Part shown: in pieces, positions 7,915 to 17,447 of the stretch
Position numbering within the stretch: the stretch's first letter is position 1
How the letters are laid out: each line of letters starts with the position of its first letter
Source of the DNA: Clostridia bacterium
GTDB lineage: Bacteria > Bacillota > Clostridia > Christensenellales > CAG-917
Reading direction: 5' to 3'
DNA length: 64,000 nt
Assembly (NCBI GenBank): GCA_900763875.1
Contig: CAAFLX010000021.1
Span: 962 to 64,961, forward strand
Translations under genes and position numbers: made by a program
Notes under the pieces: model-generated
What the model saw: the letters and a program-made list of their open reading frames with translations, nothing else
What the model was told of the DNA's origin: nothing
Database searches by the model: none

Positions 7915-9573
7915 TTACACTCTAAAACAACTTCCGCCTATAAATTCTCTCAAAAGCGAATTGCAGGGTATCAAATGTTCGTCCTCGATGGTTTTGAAAT
8001 ATTTGAGGTATTTGATGAGCCTGTTTGCCACAAGAAATTGCGGATCGGTGTCCTTAATCTCTTTGAGCGCGGGCAGAGCGAGTTTTTTCAGCACGCAAAG
8101 CTCGTACGCAAGCGCGGAATTGAACACGAAATCCACCCCTTCTTGCCACGGATATATCCATCTAAATTCACCGCTACGCACGCTTTGCCACATATCTATG
8201 GTGTTTTTTGCAGGATAATTTCTAAACTGCATATCTCGCACGATACGGCGAATTAGGCGCAAATCGGTGGTGCTGAGCGGCGAGTGGTCGTCAACGTTGA
8301 TTGCAAGTTGCGGCGCGATGTAAATCTTGAATTTTTGGTGTTTGGGTATGGATGCGGTGAGCTTTTCGTTGAGAGCATGTATCCCCTCGATCATAATCGG
8401 ACTGTGCTCGTCAACCCTGATTGTGCGCCCTTTTTCTTTCTGCCCTTTTGAGAAATTGAAGCACGGCAAGGTCACTTCTTCGCCGTTTATGAGGTCGAAA
8501 AGATCCTTGTTGAACTGCTCTATATCAAGGCAATTTACGTGTTCTAGGTCAACCTCGTTGGCGGCTTTTCCCTGCATTTTGCATATCTTTTCGCGCTCCA
8601 AATAGTAGTCGTCCATTGATATCATCACGGGATTTATGCCCCTCGACATCAATTCGATACGCACCCTGTTGCAGAAAGTCGTTTTGCCGCTCGAACTCGG
8701 GCCTGCAATGCAAATAAGGCGGATATTTTCGATATCTCGCTCGATTTTGTCGCCAAGCTCGGACAGCATACTGTTTTGGCGCGCCTCGCACATTTGCACA
8801 AAATCAAGCTCGTTGCCGTGCTCCACTTTGTCGTTTATGTCGGCAACCGTGCCCGTCCTCGTCTTGCTCGCCCACGTCGTGGCGCGTTGCAGCGTGCGCC
8901 CGTAGGTGCTTTCTTCAACAAATTCGGGAATTTCGGCGTTCAGCTCGGAGCGAGGATACTGAATGATGATGCCGGGGCTGTACGGCATAAGATTGTAGCT
9001 GAATATGCACCCCGTTGACGGCACCATATACGCGTGCAAATAGTCGTAATAATCGCCGCAAGCGTAGATGTTTACAAGGCTTTCGGGGCGATAGGACAAA
9101 ATGCGCAACTTGTCGTCTCTGCCCATTCTTTCAAAAATGTCGCGCGCCTCGTCGGTGGTCACCGTGATACGCTCGATTGGCATATCCGCTTTGATGATTC
9201 TGTCCACCTCTTGGCGAATCTCGTCGGCGGCTTTCGACACGTTGAATCCTCTTGTGAGAATCTGCAAAAATATCGAGCGCGACGCATTATATCCAAAGCG
9301 AATACGCACGTTTGGATAGAGATTGTGAAATGCCATCGCCACAATATAGCGCAAACTTGCCTCGTACGCTTTCACCGCCTCTTGATTGTCAATACCCAAA
9401 AACTCAACGGTTTTCCCATCATCTTTGCTCGACAACTTGCGGTTCAACTCCTTGATTTGCGAGCCGAGCTTGCACACGACGTACTTGCGCCTGTCTTCGC
9501 CCGCAAGCAAATCCAGCACTCTAGTGCCTTCTTTTACTTCTCTTTCAATTCCGTCAATAAATATCTTAATCAT
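7915..9573 (-). CDS. uridine kinase-family nucleoside kinase with N-terminal TGS/ThrRS-like domains
   Basis: 552 aa. N-terminus MIKIFIDGIEREVKEGTRVLDLL is TGS-like. P-loop CIAGPSSSGKTTF. GAGGG RBS. Confidence 0.8.
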   Translation of the reverse strand: MIKIFIDGIEREVKEGTRVLDLLAGEDRRKYVVCKLGSQIKELNRKLSSKDDGKTVEFLGIDNQEAVKAYEASLRYIVAMAFHNLYPNVRIRFGYNASRSIFLQILTRGFNVSKAADEIRQEVDRIIKADMPIERITVTTDEARDIFERMGRDDKLRILSYRPESLVNIYACGDYYDYLHAYMVPSTGCIFSYNLMPYSPGIIIQYPRSELNAEIPEFVEESTYGRTLQRATTWASKTRTGTVADINDKVEHGNELDFVQMCEARQNSMLSELGDKIERDIENIRLICIAGPSSSGKTTFCNRVRIELMSRGINPVMISMDDYYLEREKICKMQGKAANEVDLEHVNCLDIEQFNKDLFDLINGEEVTLPCFNFSKGQKEKGRTIRVDEHSPIMIEGIHALNEKLTASIPKHQKFKIYIAPQLAINVDDHSPLSTTDLRLIRRIVRDMQFRNYPAKNTIDMWQSVRSGEFRWIYPWQEGVDFVFNSALAYELCVLKKLALPALKEIKDTDPQFLVANRLIKYLKYFKTIEDEHLIPCNSLLREFIGGSCFRV

Positions 9574-9609
9574 AATTTTCCCTCGTCAATTATATTCTTG
9601 CACCTACAT

Positions 9610-9638
9610 ATTTTACCACACCGATTCTCTCATTTCAA
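9610..9638 (-). promoter_or_regulatory. sigma-A-type promoter for the kinase gene
   Basis: Minus strand: TTGAAA-17 nt-(TGg)TAAAAT. Confidence 0.5.
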
Positions 9639-9707
9639 GATGTGATTTTTTTGCACGCATTTCGAGCTTCTAATCGCCCCGACTCGGCGCGCAATCTCAT
9701 TTTGACA

Positions 9708-9734
9708 ATAAAAAATACACCTCGAAAGGTGTAT
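9708..9734 (-). terminator. rho-independent terminator
   Basis: Minus strand: ATACACC-tttcga-GGTGTAT followed by TTTTTTATTG. It lies about 200 nt downstream of the sugar-transferase stop. Confidence 0.7.
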
Positions 9735-9933
9735 GCTTATAATGTTCGGATTCTTTACCATATACAATTAAATAATATTTAGATGTTTAGACGATGCAAC
9801 AAGCATATTTTCATATCTATCATTTTGGCTATGCAACATTGTCCAAGGCGCAACCGTTTGCAGTATGTTTGAAATATCGTCTAAAATCAACTCTTGTGCC
9901 GCTCGATTTCACTGCGCGGCACATATTGCCAAA

Positions 9934-10668
9934 TCACTCTGCGCCTTCTTGACTGAAGGCTACGCCGATGGTTTTGAAAATGAGATAGAGGTCATAAAAG
10001 AAACCGCGCTTGTGCTGAATGTAGTCGAGATCCATATCTATGCGTTGCTCGATTGTGGTGTTGCTTCTGCCGTGCGTTTGCCACTCTCCCGTCAAGCCTT
10101 GCGGTACGCTTAAACGGAGCATTTCTTTTTGAGAATAAGTGTACATTTCTCTCGGAGAGCAGGGACGCGGCCCGACAAAGGACATATCGCCTTTGAGGAT
10201 ATTGATGAGTTGCGGAAGTTCGTCAATAGAGGTTTTGCGCAAAAACTTGCCGACTTTGGTGATACGCGGGTCGTCTTTGAGCTTGAAGTTGACTTCCCAC
10301 TCTTGCTTATGCTCTTTCAAAAGCTCGTCGAGTTTCTCGTCGGCATGCTCTTCCATAGAGCGAAATTTGTAGAGTTTGAAGATTTTGCCGCCTTTGCCCA
10401 CTCTTTCGGAGGCGTAAAAAGCGTGTCCTTTCGAGTCGATTTTGATTGCGATAACCACAAAAAGCATCGGTATTGCCAATATAATTATGGCAAGCAGGGA
10501 CGCAACGATGTCGAACGCTCTTTTGAAAAACGGGTATGCAAATATCTTTCTGACCTTGAAGTCGTTGAGAAATTGCTCGTCGTCAACTTTTTGCGTCGCT
10601 TGTTGGTTATCCTTGCAATTCGGTGCGGATTTTGTGTTTGTATTCAGTTTTTCGTCGTGTTTTTTCAA
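9934..10668 (-). CDS. polyprenyl-phosphate sugar-1-phosphate transferase (bacterial sugar transferase family, small monotopic type)
   Basis: 244 aa. FKRAFDIVASLL..., KFRSM, DELPQLINILKGDMSFVGPRP. Apparent TTG start with a GAGGA RBS. Confidence 0.9.
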   Translation of the reverse strand: MKKHDEKLNTNTKSAPNCKDNQQATQKVDDEQFLNDFKVRKIFAYPFFKRAFDIVASLLAIIILAIPMLFVVIAIKIDSKGHAFYASERVGKGGKIFKLYKFRSMEEHADEKLDELLKEHKQEWEVNFKLKDDPRITKVGKFLRKTSIDELPQLINILKGDMSFVGPRPCSPREMYTYSQKEMLRLSVPQGLTGEWQTHGRSNTTIEQRIDMDLDYIQHKRGFFYDLYLIFKTIGVAFSQEGAE

Positions 10669-10807
10669 TAGTTTTGTCCTCGTGCGCTATGCGCGCTTAC
10701 ACTATTTTATATCATTATTATATTTTCGCATAGAGTTTAGCCGATTGCGGCGAAAAAGGCAAGCAAATTGCACCAAATACCCTTTCTCGGCAAATATCGA
10801 CAGAAGA

Positions 10808-10836
10808 TTGCAAAATGTTTGCAAATATATTATAAT
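10808..10836 (+). promoter_or_regulatory. sigma-A-type promoter placed 8 nt from the ATG (possible leaderless mRNA)
   Basis: TTGCAA (10808-10813), 17 nt, TATAAT (10831-10836), then atataatt and the ATG at 10845. No SD is present. Confidence 0.5.
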
Positions 10837-10844
10837 ATATAATT

Positions 10845-11765
10845 ATGAGAAAGAATACCGATAAAAACAGGAGGAGCGCAAAGCGTCAACCTCGTTGCGT
10901 AATCGTGATAAACAGGCTGTCGGGCAACGGCAATCGCGCCGATGAAAAGACGCTCAAAAGAGCGTTAGGACGCGGCTATTCGGTGGATAGTTACTATATC
11001 ACGAAAAAGCATACGTTGAAAGATTTTTCGGCGTACGAGCGCATCGTGGTGTGCGGCGGCGACGGCACTCTCAACGGCATACTCAACTCCAAAATCCGCG
11101 ACGACGTGGAAATTATCTATATGCCCTACGGCACTCTCAACGAGTTCTACCACGGCGGAGTCAAGAACAATCATTTCCTAAAAGACATCTGTTTTGCCAA
11201 CAATCTCTACTTCTCATACGTTATGGCGGCAGGCATATTCACTCCGATAGGCTACTGCGTAAACGACAAGAAAAAGCGCAAATACAAGGCTTTTGCCTAC
11301 ATCGCGCAGGTTGTGAAAGAATACAAAATCCACCGCATCAAAGCAAAAATCACCGCCAGCGACTATCGGGACGAGGGCGAATATTCCCTCATTATGGCAA
11401 TCGATTCGCCGCGCTGTTTCGGGTTTAGATTCAACCGCCTTTTCAACGCCGACGACGGAATTATGCACCTTTTGACCATAAAAGCCCCCAAAAGCAGCGG
11501 CTTGCTTGGCAAAATCAAGATATTCTTCCCTCTTTTCAGAGCGTTTTTCATAGGTTTTCGCAAGCCCTATCACTCAAAGAATATGGAATTCAGACCTTTT
11601 GACACTCTGCAAATCTCTTTGAGCGAGAATGTGGACTTTGACGTGGACGGCGAGAAAAAGACGCTTGGCGGCGACGTCAACCTCGGCATAACCTGCTTTG
11701 CAAAACCCATCCAAATCCTCGGAAAAGCCGACCTCAAAGCCCTCGACGACGACACTGACAAATAG
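10845..11765 (+). CDS. diacylglycerol-kinase-fold lipid kinase (YegS/BmrU/DgkB-like)
   Basis: 306 aa. VIVINRLSGNG and VVCGGDGTLNGILN are DAGK catalytic-domain motifs. Confidence 0.8.
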   Translation: MRKNTDKNRRSAKRQPRCVIVINRLSGNGNRADEKTLKRALGRGYSVDSYYITKKHTLKDFSAYERIVVCGGDGTLNGILNSKIRDDVEIIYMPYGTLNEFYHGGVKNNHFLKDICFANNLYFSYVMAAGIFTPIGYCVNDKKKRKYKAFAYIAQVVKEYKIHRIKAKITASDYRDEGEYSLIMAIDSPRCFGFRFNRLFNADDGIMHLLTIKAPKSSGLLGKIKIFFPLFRAFFIGFRKPYHSKNMEFRPFDTLQISLSENVDFDVDGEKKTLGGDVNLGITCFAKPIQILGKADLKALDDDTDK

Positions 11766-11803
11766 CGTCCCGTCATTTAATATTGCCACAATCTCGCACA
11801 GGG

Positions 11804-11832
11804 TTGACTTGAAGGCGAGTTTTGGGTATAAT
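11804..11832 (+). promoter_or_regulatory. sigma-A-type promoter for the ABC-2 exporter genes
   Basis: TTGACT-17 nt-TATAAT. Confidence 0.55.
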
Positions 11833-11893
11833 AAAAGTTGTTGTGGCTGAAAACCGGTGAAAAATTTTTGATTTCGACCACACTAAATAGCAA

Positions 11894-12724
11894 ATGACAA
11901 CACAACTTAAATTCCCTAAAAAGAGAGTTCGTGCAAACGAGTTGCAGTTCAAGAAATCCATGGTGGTGCTTGCCTCTCTTGTGGGTAAAAACATCAAAAA
12001 TCAATACAGACGCTCCGTTCTCGGCATATTGTGGACGGTTTTGAATCCGCTGCTCAACATGCTGGTTATGTCGTTTGTATTCAGCAAAATTTTCGGCAGA
12101 AATTCCATCAATATGGATTATCCCGTGTACGTCCTTTCGGGCAATATCGTTTTCTCTCTCATGCGCGCGGCAACAACGTCTTCGCTCACCTGCATGGTAA
12201 ACAACTACGATTTGCTCTCAAAAACGAGGATTCCTTACGCGGTATTCCCACTTTCAAACGTTTTGTCGTCAACGGTCAACTTCTTCTTCTCGCTTATCGC
12301 ACTTGTCATCGTAATGCTTGTCAGAATGAGCGCGGGCGTGACTTTCCATTGGGAGATGTTGCTCATCATCTTTGCGTGGCTGCCGTCAATCCTGTTCTTT
12401 TCAACCGGCATATCATTCGTGTTGTCCGTGGTCTATGTCAGATTCAGGGACATCAAGCACCTTTACGGCGTATTATTGACGCTTTGGATGTACCTCACCC
12501 CCGTGTTCTATTCAATCGAATCGCTCAAACTCGACAGCAAATATTTGGCTGTAATGCAATTCAACCCGATGTTGCACTATTTGACGAGTTTTAGAGATTT
12601 GGTCAACGGCACGATTCCGAGCGGAAAATCGTTCTTGATTTGCTATGGCGTCGGGCTAGGCTTCTTGGCGGTCGGCTACCTCATTTTCAGGCTGTCGAGA
12701 AAGAAACTCCTTTTGTACATTTGA
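11894..12724 (+). CDS. ABC-2 type polysaccharide/teichoic-acid exporter permease (TagG/Wzm-like)
   Basis: 276 aa with six hydrophobic segments. KNQYRRSVLGILWTVLNPLL is the typical ABC-2 N-terminal motif. Confidence 0.85.
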   Translation: MTTQLKFPKKRVRANELQFKKSMVVLASLVGKNIKNQYRRSVLGILWTVLNPLLNMLVMSFVFSKIFGRNSINMDYPVYVLSGNIVFSLMRAATTSSLTCMVNNYDLLSKTRIPYAVFPLSNVLSSTVNFFFSLIALVIVMLVRMSAGVTFHWEMLLIIFAWLPSILFFSTGISFVLSVVYVRFRDIKHLYGVLLTLWMYLTPVFYSIESLKLDSKYLAVMQFNPMLHYLTSFRDLVNGTIPSGKSFLICYGVGLGFLAVGYLIFRLSRKKLLLYI

Positions 12725-12736
12725 TATTTGACGATT

Positions 12737-13618
12737 ATGGAAGAGATAAAAGAACAAAACACCCAAACTGTGACAACCGAGCAAACCGAGTCCTCGGCTC
12801 AAACCGATTTGACCGAGTTCGACGCATTCGAACATCTCGGTGACTTCGCCACTGACAAGGATATTTTGCTTGACGTATGCCATGTCGGCATGAAGTTCAA
12901 GCTCCCCACCGAGCGCATTGACAACATCAAAGAGTTTTGCATCAAACTTGTCAAAGGGCAACTGCGCTATCAAAGTTTTGTTGCGCTCAAAGATATCACT
13001 TTCCAAGTGCGCAGAGGACAAAGCATCGGGCTTATCGGCAGAAACGGCGCAGGCAAATCCACCCTGCTCAAAATCATTTCGGGCATCATCGAACCGACTG
13101 CAGGATATGTGCAAACAAGAGGAAACATCGTCCCCCTTCTCAAACTCGGCGCAGGTTTTGACTTCAACGCAACCGGGAAAGAAAACGTATATCTAAACGG
13201 CGCAATGCTCGGATTTTCAAAGCGTGAAATGAAACAAAAATACGATAGTATCGTTGAGTTTGCAGAGCTTGAAAAGTTTATGAACGTTCCGCTCAAAAAC
13301 TATTCTCAAGGTATGATTTCAAGGCTTGGTTTTGCAATCGCAGTTGACGTCAACCCCGACATTCTTCTCATCGACGAAATACTTGCAGTCGGCGACGCTG
13401 TTTTTCAAAAGAAATGCGCGGAAAAAATCGACGAACTGCGCAAAAACGGCACAACCTTTATCGTTGTTTCACACAGCGCGTCGCAAATACTTCGTCTTTG
13501 CCAAAACGCTATCTACCTCAAAGACGGCAATGCCGTTCAATACGGCACGGCACAAGAAGTCGTTGCCGCATACCAGCAGGACTGCGCCCTTGCAGAGCAA
13601 GAACAAAAAAAGAAATAA
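12737..13618 (+). CDS. ABC exporter ATP-binding protein (TagH/Wzt-like) with acidic N-terminal extension
   Basis: Walker A GLIGRNGAGKST, signature YSQGMISRL, Walker B LLIDEILAVGD. The ATG is at 12737; the ORF track uses TTG at 12728. Confidence 0.9.
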   Translation: MEEIKEQNTQTVTTEQTESSAQTDLTEFDAFEHLGDFATDKDILLDVCHVGMKFKLPTERIDNIKEFCIKLVKGQLRYQSFVALKDITFQVRRGQSIGLIGRNGAGKSTLLKIISGIIEPTAGYVQTRGNIVPLLKLGAGFDFNATGKENVYLNGAMLGFSKREMKQKYDSIVEFAELEKFMNVPLKNYSQGMISRLGFAIAVDVNPDILLIDEILAVGDAVFQKKCAEKIDELRKNGTTFIVVSHSASQILRLCQNAIYLKDGNAVQYGTAQEVVAAYQQDCALAEQEQKKK

Positions 13619-13645
13619 TTGCTATATTTTCCAACTTGAGATATT

Positions 13646-13670
13646 AAAAAACTGCCGCACGGCAATTTTT
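13646..13670. terminator. bidirectional terminator between convergent genes
   Basis: AAAAAAC-TGCC-gcac-GGCA-ATTTTT. Confidence 0.55.
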
Positions 13671-13694
13671 CTTTTGCAAAATTTAAGTCAAAAA

Positions 13695-14603
13695 TCAATA
13701 TAATTTCTTTCGCAAACCTTTATACTTGTCGTATTTTCTTTGCCGATATTTCAGCATAGCACACCTTGGCGTAAACCATTCGACAAGCGGTTTTACACAA
13801 TAGACAAAGGACATCTTTTTGCCTCGATTCTCTTTTGCCTTCTTCACCGCCGCGCCAAAACTCCCTTTTTCAATCACGCACGTTACGGGAAGAAACAAAC
13901 CTTTTTGCCCCTCGCTTTCCAAAAGCGTGATAAACGCTCCCGTAAGCCTTTCGGACACAAACATTCTATCATTTCTGTTTGGCGTTCTTTTTTTAATCTC
14001 GAACAAAATCGGAAAAATCATTTTGCAATACCTTTCAAACGTATCTCTTTTGAAAACGAAAGTATTGAAAAAATACGCTTTATCGCCTGCAAAATAACAG
14101 TTTTTTGCACGCACAAAGTCGGGATATTCTTCGTCGATAATCTCGCTTGCAATATCCAAATCGTCGCCGTGCGCTTTTTTGAAATTGTCCTCGACGGACT
14201 GTCTATACGCAGGCAACGGCGCGATAAAATCATGCTTTGAAAATATCTCGTCAAGCCTACCGTCCGAAATTTTTATTTCGTCAAAAAACTTGTCCGAGAA
14301 CTTTGTGCGTTCGTTATAAATCTTCGCCCCCTCCGAAAAGGCAAGAAACCTACGGTAATGCACAAAGCCTATGACGTCGGGATTGCCAAGCTCGATTAGG
14401 TGCTTATAAACCCAATATATTGCCGTCATCTCGTTGAAAACACCGTTTTTGTCCGCAATATTGTCACCCTCGTCATCGCGCAAAAAATAGGACGGGAACT
14501 CGTCTTTCCTATTTCCTACGCAAATAGGCACATACGGCGGTACAAAAAGTCGCTCGTCGATTTTGTCGGGGTCGTGGCATACGACAAAAATTTTCGCATT
14601 CAT
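13695..14603 (-). CDS. DUF4422-type putative glycosyltransferase
   Basis: 302 aa. KIFVVCHDP...DNIADKNGVFNEMTAIYWVYKH...GFVHYRRFL matches the DUF4422 pattern seen in glycan loci. An ATGA overlap joins it to the upstream GT4. Confidence 0.7.
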   Translation of the reverse strand: MNAKIFVVCHDPDKIDERLFVPPYVPICVGNRKDEFPSYFLRDDEGDNIADKNGVFNEMTAIYWVYKHLIELGNPDVIGFVHYRRFLAFSEGAKIYNERTKFSDKFFDEIKISDGRLDEIFSKHDFIAPLPAYRQSVEDNFKKAHGDDLDIASEIIDEEYPDFVRAKNCYFAGDKAYFFNTFVFKRDTFERYCKMIFPILFEIKKRTPNRNDRMFVSERLTGAFITLLESEGQKGLFLPVTCVIEKGSFGAAVKKAKENRGKKMSFVYCVKPLVEWFTPRCAMLKYRQRKYDKYKGLRKKLY

Positions 14604-15709
14604 TTTTTGCTCACTCTCTGATAATAGTTCAACAGTTTTTGAGCCTCTACTCGTATGTCATAGCCGTGCTCGGCAACTGCTTTTACGCCGTCGAAACGCA
14701 CTTTTGTGTCAACCGCTTTTTCAAGCTCGTTAGCCCAAAAATTCGCGCTCAATATCGGCAAATATTCAACGTGTCCCGTCACGTCAGCCTCTTTTGTTAT
14801 GCAGTCGGACAAAAGACAGGGAATCCCCATTGCCTGCGCCTCGATTGCAACGAGCGGAAGCCCCTCGAATCTTGAGGGCAACGCAAACACGTCAAACAGC
14901 GCATAGTAGTCCTCAACGTTGCGCTTTTCGGTCATAAACAGCACTTTATCTGCGATTTTGAGTTTGTCAACAAGCTGTTTTACGTTTTCAAGCTCAGATC
15001 CGCCACCGACAAGCACAAGCCGTAAATCATCTCTCGACTTGCACGCAAGCGCAAACGCTTTGACCAAAAACGGGATGTTTTTTTGAAATTCAAACCTGCC
15101 GATATGCCCTATGACGCGGCAGTTTTCAAGCCCGTATTGCGCCCGTAATTCCTGTTTCTTTTCACCGGCCACCAAAAACTTTTCAAGGTCAATTGCGTTG
15201 TGCATAAGGTATGCTTTTTTAGCCGCTTTTTTGCCGTATAGCCAGTCTATGCTCAACTTGCTGCACCCTGCAAGGTCGGTTGCATACCAAGTCGAAACAT
15301 GCTTTAAGCATGACTTGACAAGATAGACAAATTTTTCTTCCTTATTGGTTGTGGAATGCGCGTGGCAGATGCGATGTTTTACGCCCGCTTGCTTTGCGGC
15401 AAGCAAACTCACAAATGACAGCGACGTCATATGCGCGTGCACGATGTCGTATTGTTCTTTTTTGAATTGCCTACGCAAAGAGCGCACGCATTTGAAAAAC
15501 GCAAATACGGACGGAAAATGAAACACCCTGCCGCCACGCGCGATAATTTCCTCGTCAAACGGCGATGGCGCATAGGTGTAAAAATCAAACTGCACCTTGT
15601 CGGTGTCGATATGTCTGAAATAATTCATAACGCAGTTTATGACGCCGCCCGTCGTTGCGTCGCCTATAACTTGCGCTATTTTGATTTTTTTCATTTCACT
15701 ATCAGCCAT
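14600..15709 (-). CDS. glycosyltransferase family 4 (GT-B)
   Basis: 369 aa. The C-terminal PSRFEGLPLVAIEAQAMGIPCL is an E-x7-E-type motif. Confidence 0.85.
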   Translation of the reverse strand: MADSEMKKIKIAQVIGDATTGGVINCVMNYFRHIDTDKVQFDFYTYAPSPFDEEIIARGGRVFHFPSVFAFFKCVRSLRRQFKKEQYDIVHAHMTSLSFVSLLAAKQAGVKHRICHAHSTTNKEEKFVYLVKSCLKHVSTWYATDLAGCSKLSIDWLYGKKAAKKAYLMHNAIDLEKFLVAGEKKQELRAQYGLENCRVIGHIGRFEFQKNIPFLVKAFALACKSRDDLRLVLVGGGSELENVKQLVDKLKIADKVLFMTEKRNVEDYYALFDVFALPSRFEGLPLVAIEAQAMGIPCLLSDCITKEADVTGHVEYLPILSANFWANELEKAVDTKVRFDGVKAVAEHGYDIRVEAQKLLNYYQRVSKK

Positions 15710-17443
15710 TTAGCCCTCAAGTCCAAGCGTTTTCGTCCAAAACTGAAAGGACGTAAGATATTTTTGTTCTTTCAAAAAAGACCTCTTTGCCGCGCCGAAT
15801 TTAAAAAGCATCTTGAAAGCCTTTCCCAAAAGCAAAAATCCCGTTTTGACAACTTCGCCAAACTTTTCTTGCGTAAAAAATCCTGTCTCGGAAAGCGGAT
15901 TATATTGCAAAACTTTTTTCGACAAAAAGAAGTCACGCGGCTTGCAAGTTGTGCTGTCAATCACTCGCACGTTTCTTGAATCTTTTTTGCAAAGGCATTT
16001 CGGAATCAAATATCCGTTTAGCGTAATCGTTTGCAAAAACACCGAGCGCGGTTTACTTGAGTAGAGGTTGCTCAAATCGTATCCCATTTGTTCAAGCTCG
16101 GCTTTTGAGTAGGTTTTGGGCATACCCTTGCGCAATTCAGAATTGAGCTTTTCGGCGTCGAGAGAGGCAAGATAGTTTGCTCCCTTCAAAAAGTCGTCGT
16201 ATCCCTTCATAGCATACGGAATTGCAAAATATCTTTGTGCGACAAGCTGATACGCAACGCTGCGCACAAGTTTGAAATAGAACTTAAATCCGCTCTTCTT
16301 CGAGGTGAAACAGTTGCTCACAAGCTCGTTGCGGCGGATATAGTATTCAAGCGAGGCGTTGTATTTTGCCTCAAACGGAGAGTGGTACACCCCAACTCCG
16401 TTCAAAAAAGTCCAATCAAGTTCCTTGCAACGCATACCGTACTCAACGTCGTCGTTCTTGATGAACAGCGCAAGCGGAAGACCGTGCCTATCAATGACGC
16501 CAATCGGCATACAGCAATACCACCAAGCGCAATAATCGGGCTTATCCTGTCTGTCAAAGAGCAAGTTTTCTTTTTGCGAAACGTCTAGGTCGTCATAGAA
16601 AGCGTGAAGTCTATCCCCGTTCCACAGTCCGCCAAGTTCGTACAAAATCTCGGGCTTATCTTCGCGGAGCATACCTCCGCCTATAGCCGCGTTTTCGCAA
16701 TTTGCATATTCCAAAAACCGTATCGTGCGCGCGACAATCTCGGGAGAAAAAGAGATGTCGTCATCCATAAGCAATATATGCGTATGCTTTTGCGCCCTAT
16801 ATGCCTCAATCATACCCCTTGTAAAACCGCCGCTGCCGCCGAGGTTTTTGTTTTTGAAAAGGAGTGCGCCCTCAACGTCTTCGCTTTTGAGCGTTTGTCC
16901 GTTGTCGATGACATATACGGTTATATCTTCCTGATTGCGCTTTGCAAAATCACAAAGTGACTTGACGTTGCTCTTGACATACTCTTCGCGCTTGAAAGTG
17001 CAAATCACAACGGCAAGGCTCACGCTTCTTTTTTTCTCTTGTTGCGTTGCATAGCCGCCCTCAAAAAGTTTTGCATTATCGGACAACGCAATCACTTTGC
17101 ACCAAACAAAGCTCCCGTCAGTTAGCGCAAACGGCACTTCAACCGTGCGGTTTTGAGTGTTTAAGTCCTCTTTTTGGCAAATAAGCGTATCTTTTACCCC
17201 GCCTCCGACACGGCTTGACGAATACACTTCGATTCTCACCGCGCCCTCGACTTTTGCAAAAGCAATCATTGTTTTTAAGTCGGTTTTGTTTTTGAATACG
17301 TGCTCGGACAAGCTGTTGAAGTACGTGTCGAAAGCGACGCTGCCGCCTTTTTGCATCGTCGCTATATTGTCCGACACGGTTGCGTTGTCCAACCGCGTTT
17401 TCAGATTTTCTTCGCCGATTTGCCAGCGTGATAATATCGTCAT
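15710..17443 (-). CDS. large family-2 glycosyltransferase, GlfT2-like putative galactofuranosyltransferase
   Basis: 577 aa. VVICTFKREEYV, VIDNGQT, NLGGSGGFTRGM, LLMDDDI. It lies immediately downstream of glf. Confidence 0.7.
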   Translation of the reverse strand: MTILSRWQIGEENLKTRLDNATVSDNIATMQKGGSVAFDTYFNSLSEHVFKNKTDLKTMIAFAKVEGAVRIEVYSSSRVGGGVKDTLICQKEDLNTQNRTVEVPFALTDGSFVWCKVIALSDNAKLFEGGYATQQEKKRSVSLAVVICTFKREEYVKSNVKSLCDFAKRNQEDITVYVIDNGQTLKSEDVEGALLFKNKNLGGSGGFTRGMIEAYRAQKHTHILLMDDDISFSPEIVARTIRFLEYANCENAAIGGGMLREDKPEILYELGGLWNGDRLHAFYDDLDVSQKENLLFDRQDKPDYCAWWYCCMPIGVIDRHGLPLALFIKNDDVEYGMRCKELDWTFLNGVGVYHSPFEAKYNASLEYYIRRNELVSNCFTSKKSGFKFYFKLVRSVAYQLVAQRYFAIPYAMKGYDDFLKGANYLASLDAEKLNSELRKGMPKTYSKAELEQMGYDLSNLYSSKPRSVFLQTITLNGYLIPKCLCKKDSRNVRVIDSTTCKPRDFFLSKKVLQYNPLSETGFFTQEKFGEVVKTGFLLLGKAFKMLFKFGAAKRSFLKEQKYLTSFQFWTKTLGLEG

Positions 17444-17447
17444 TAAA

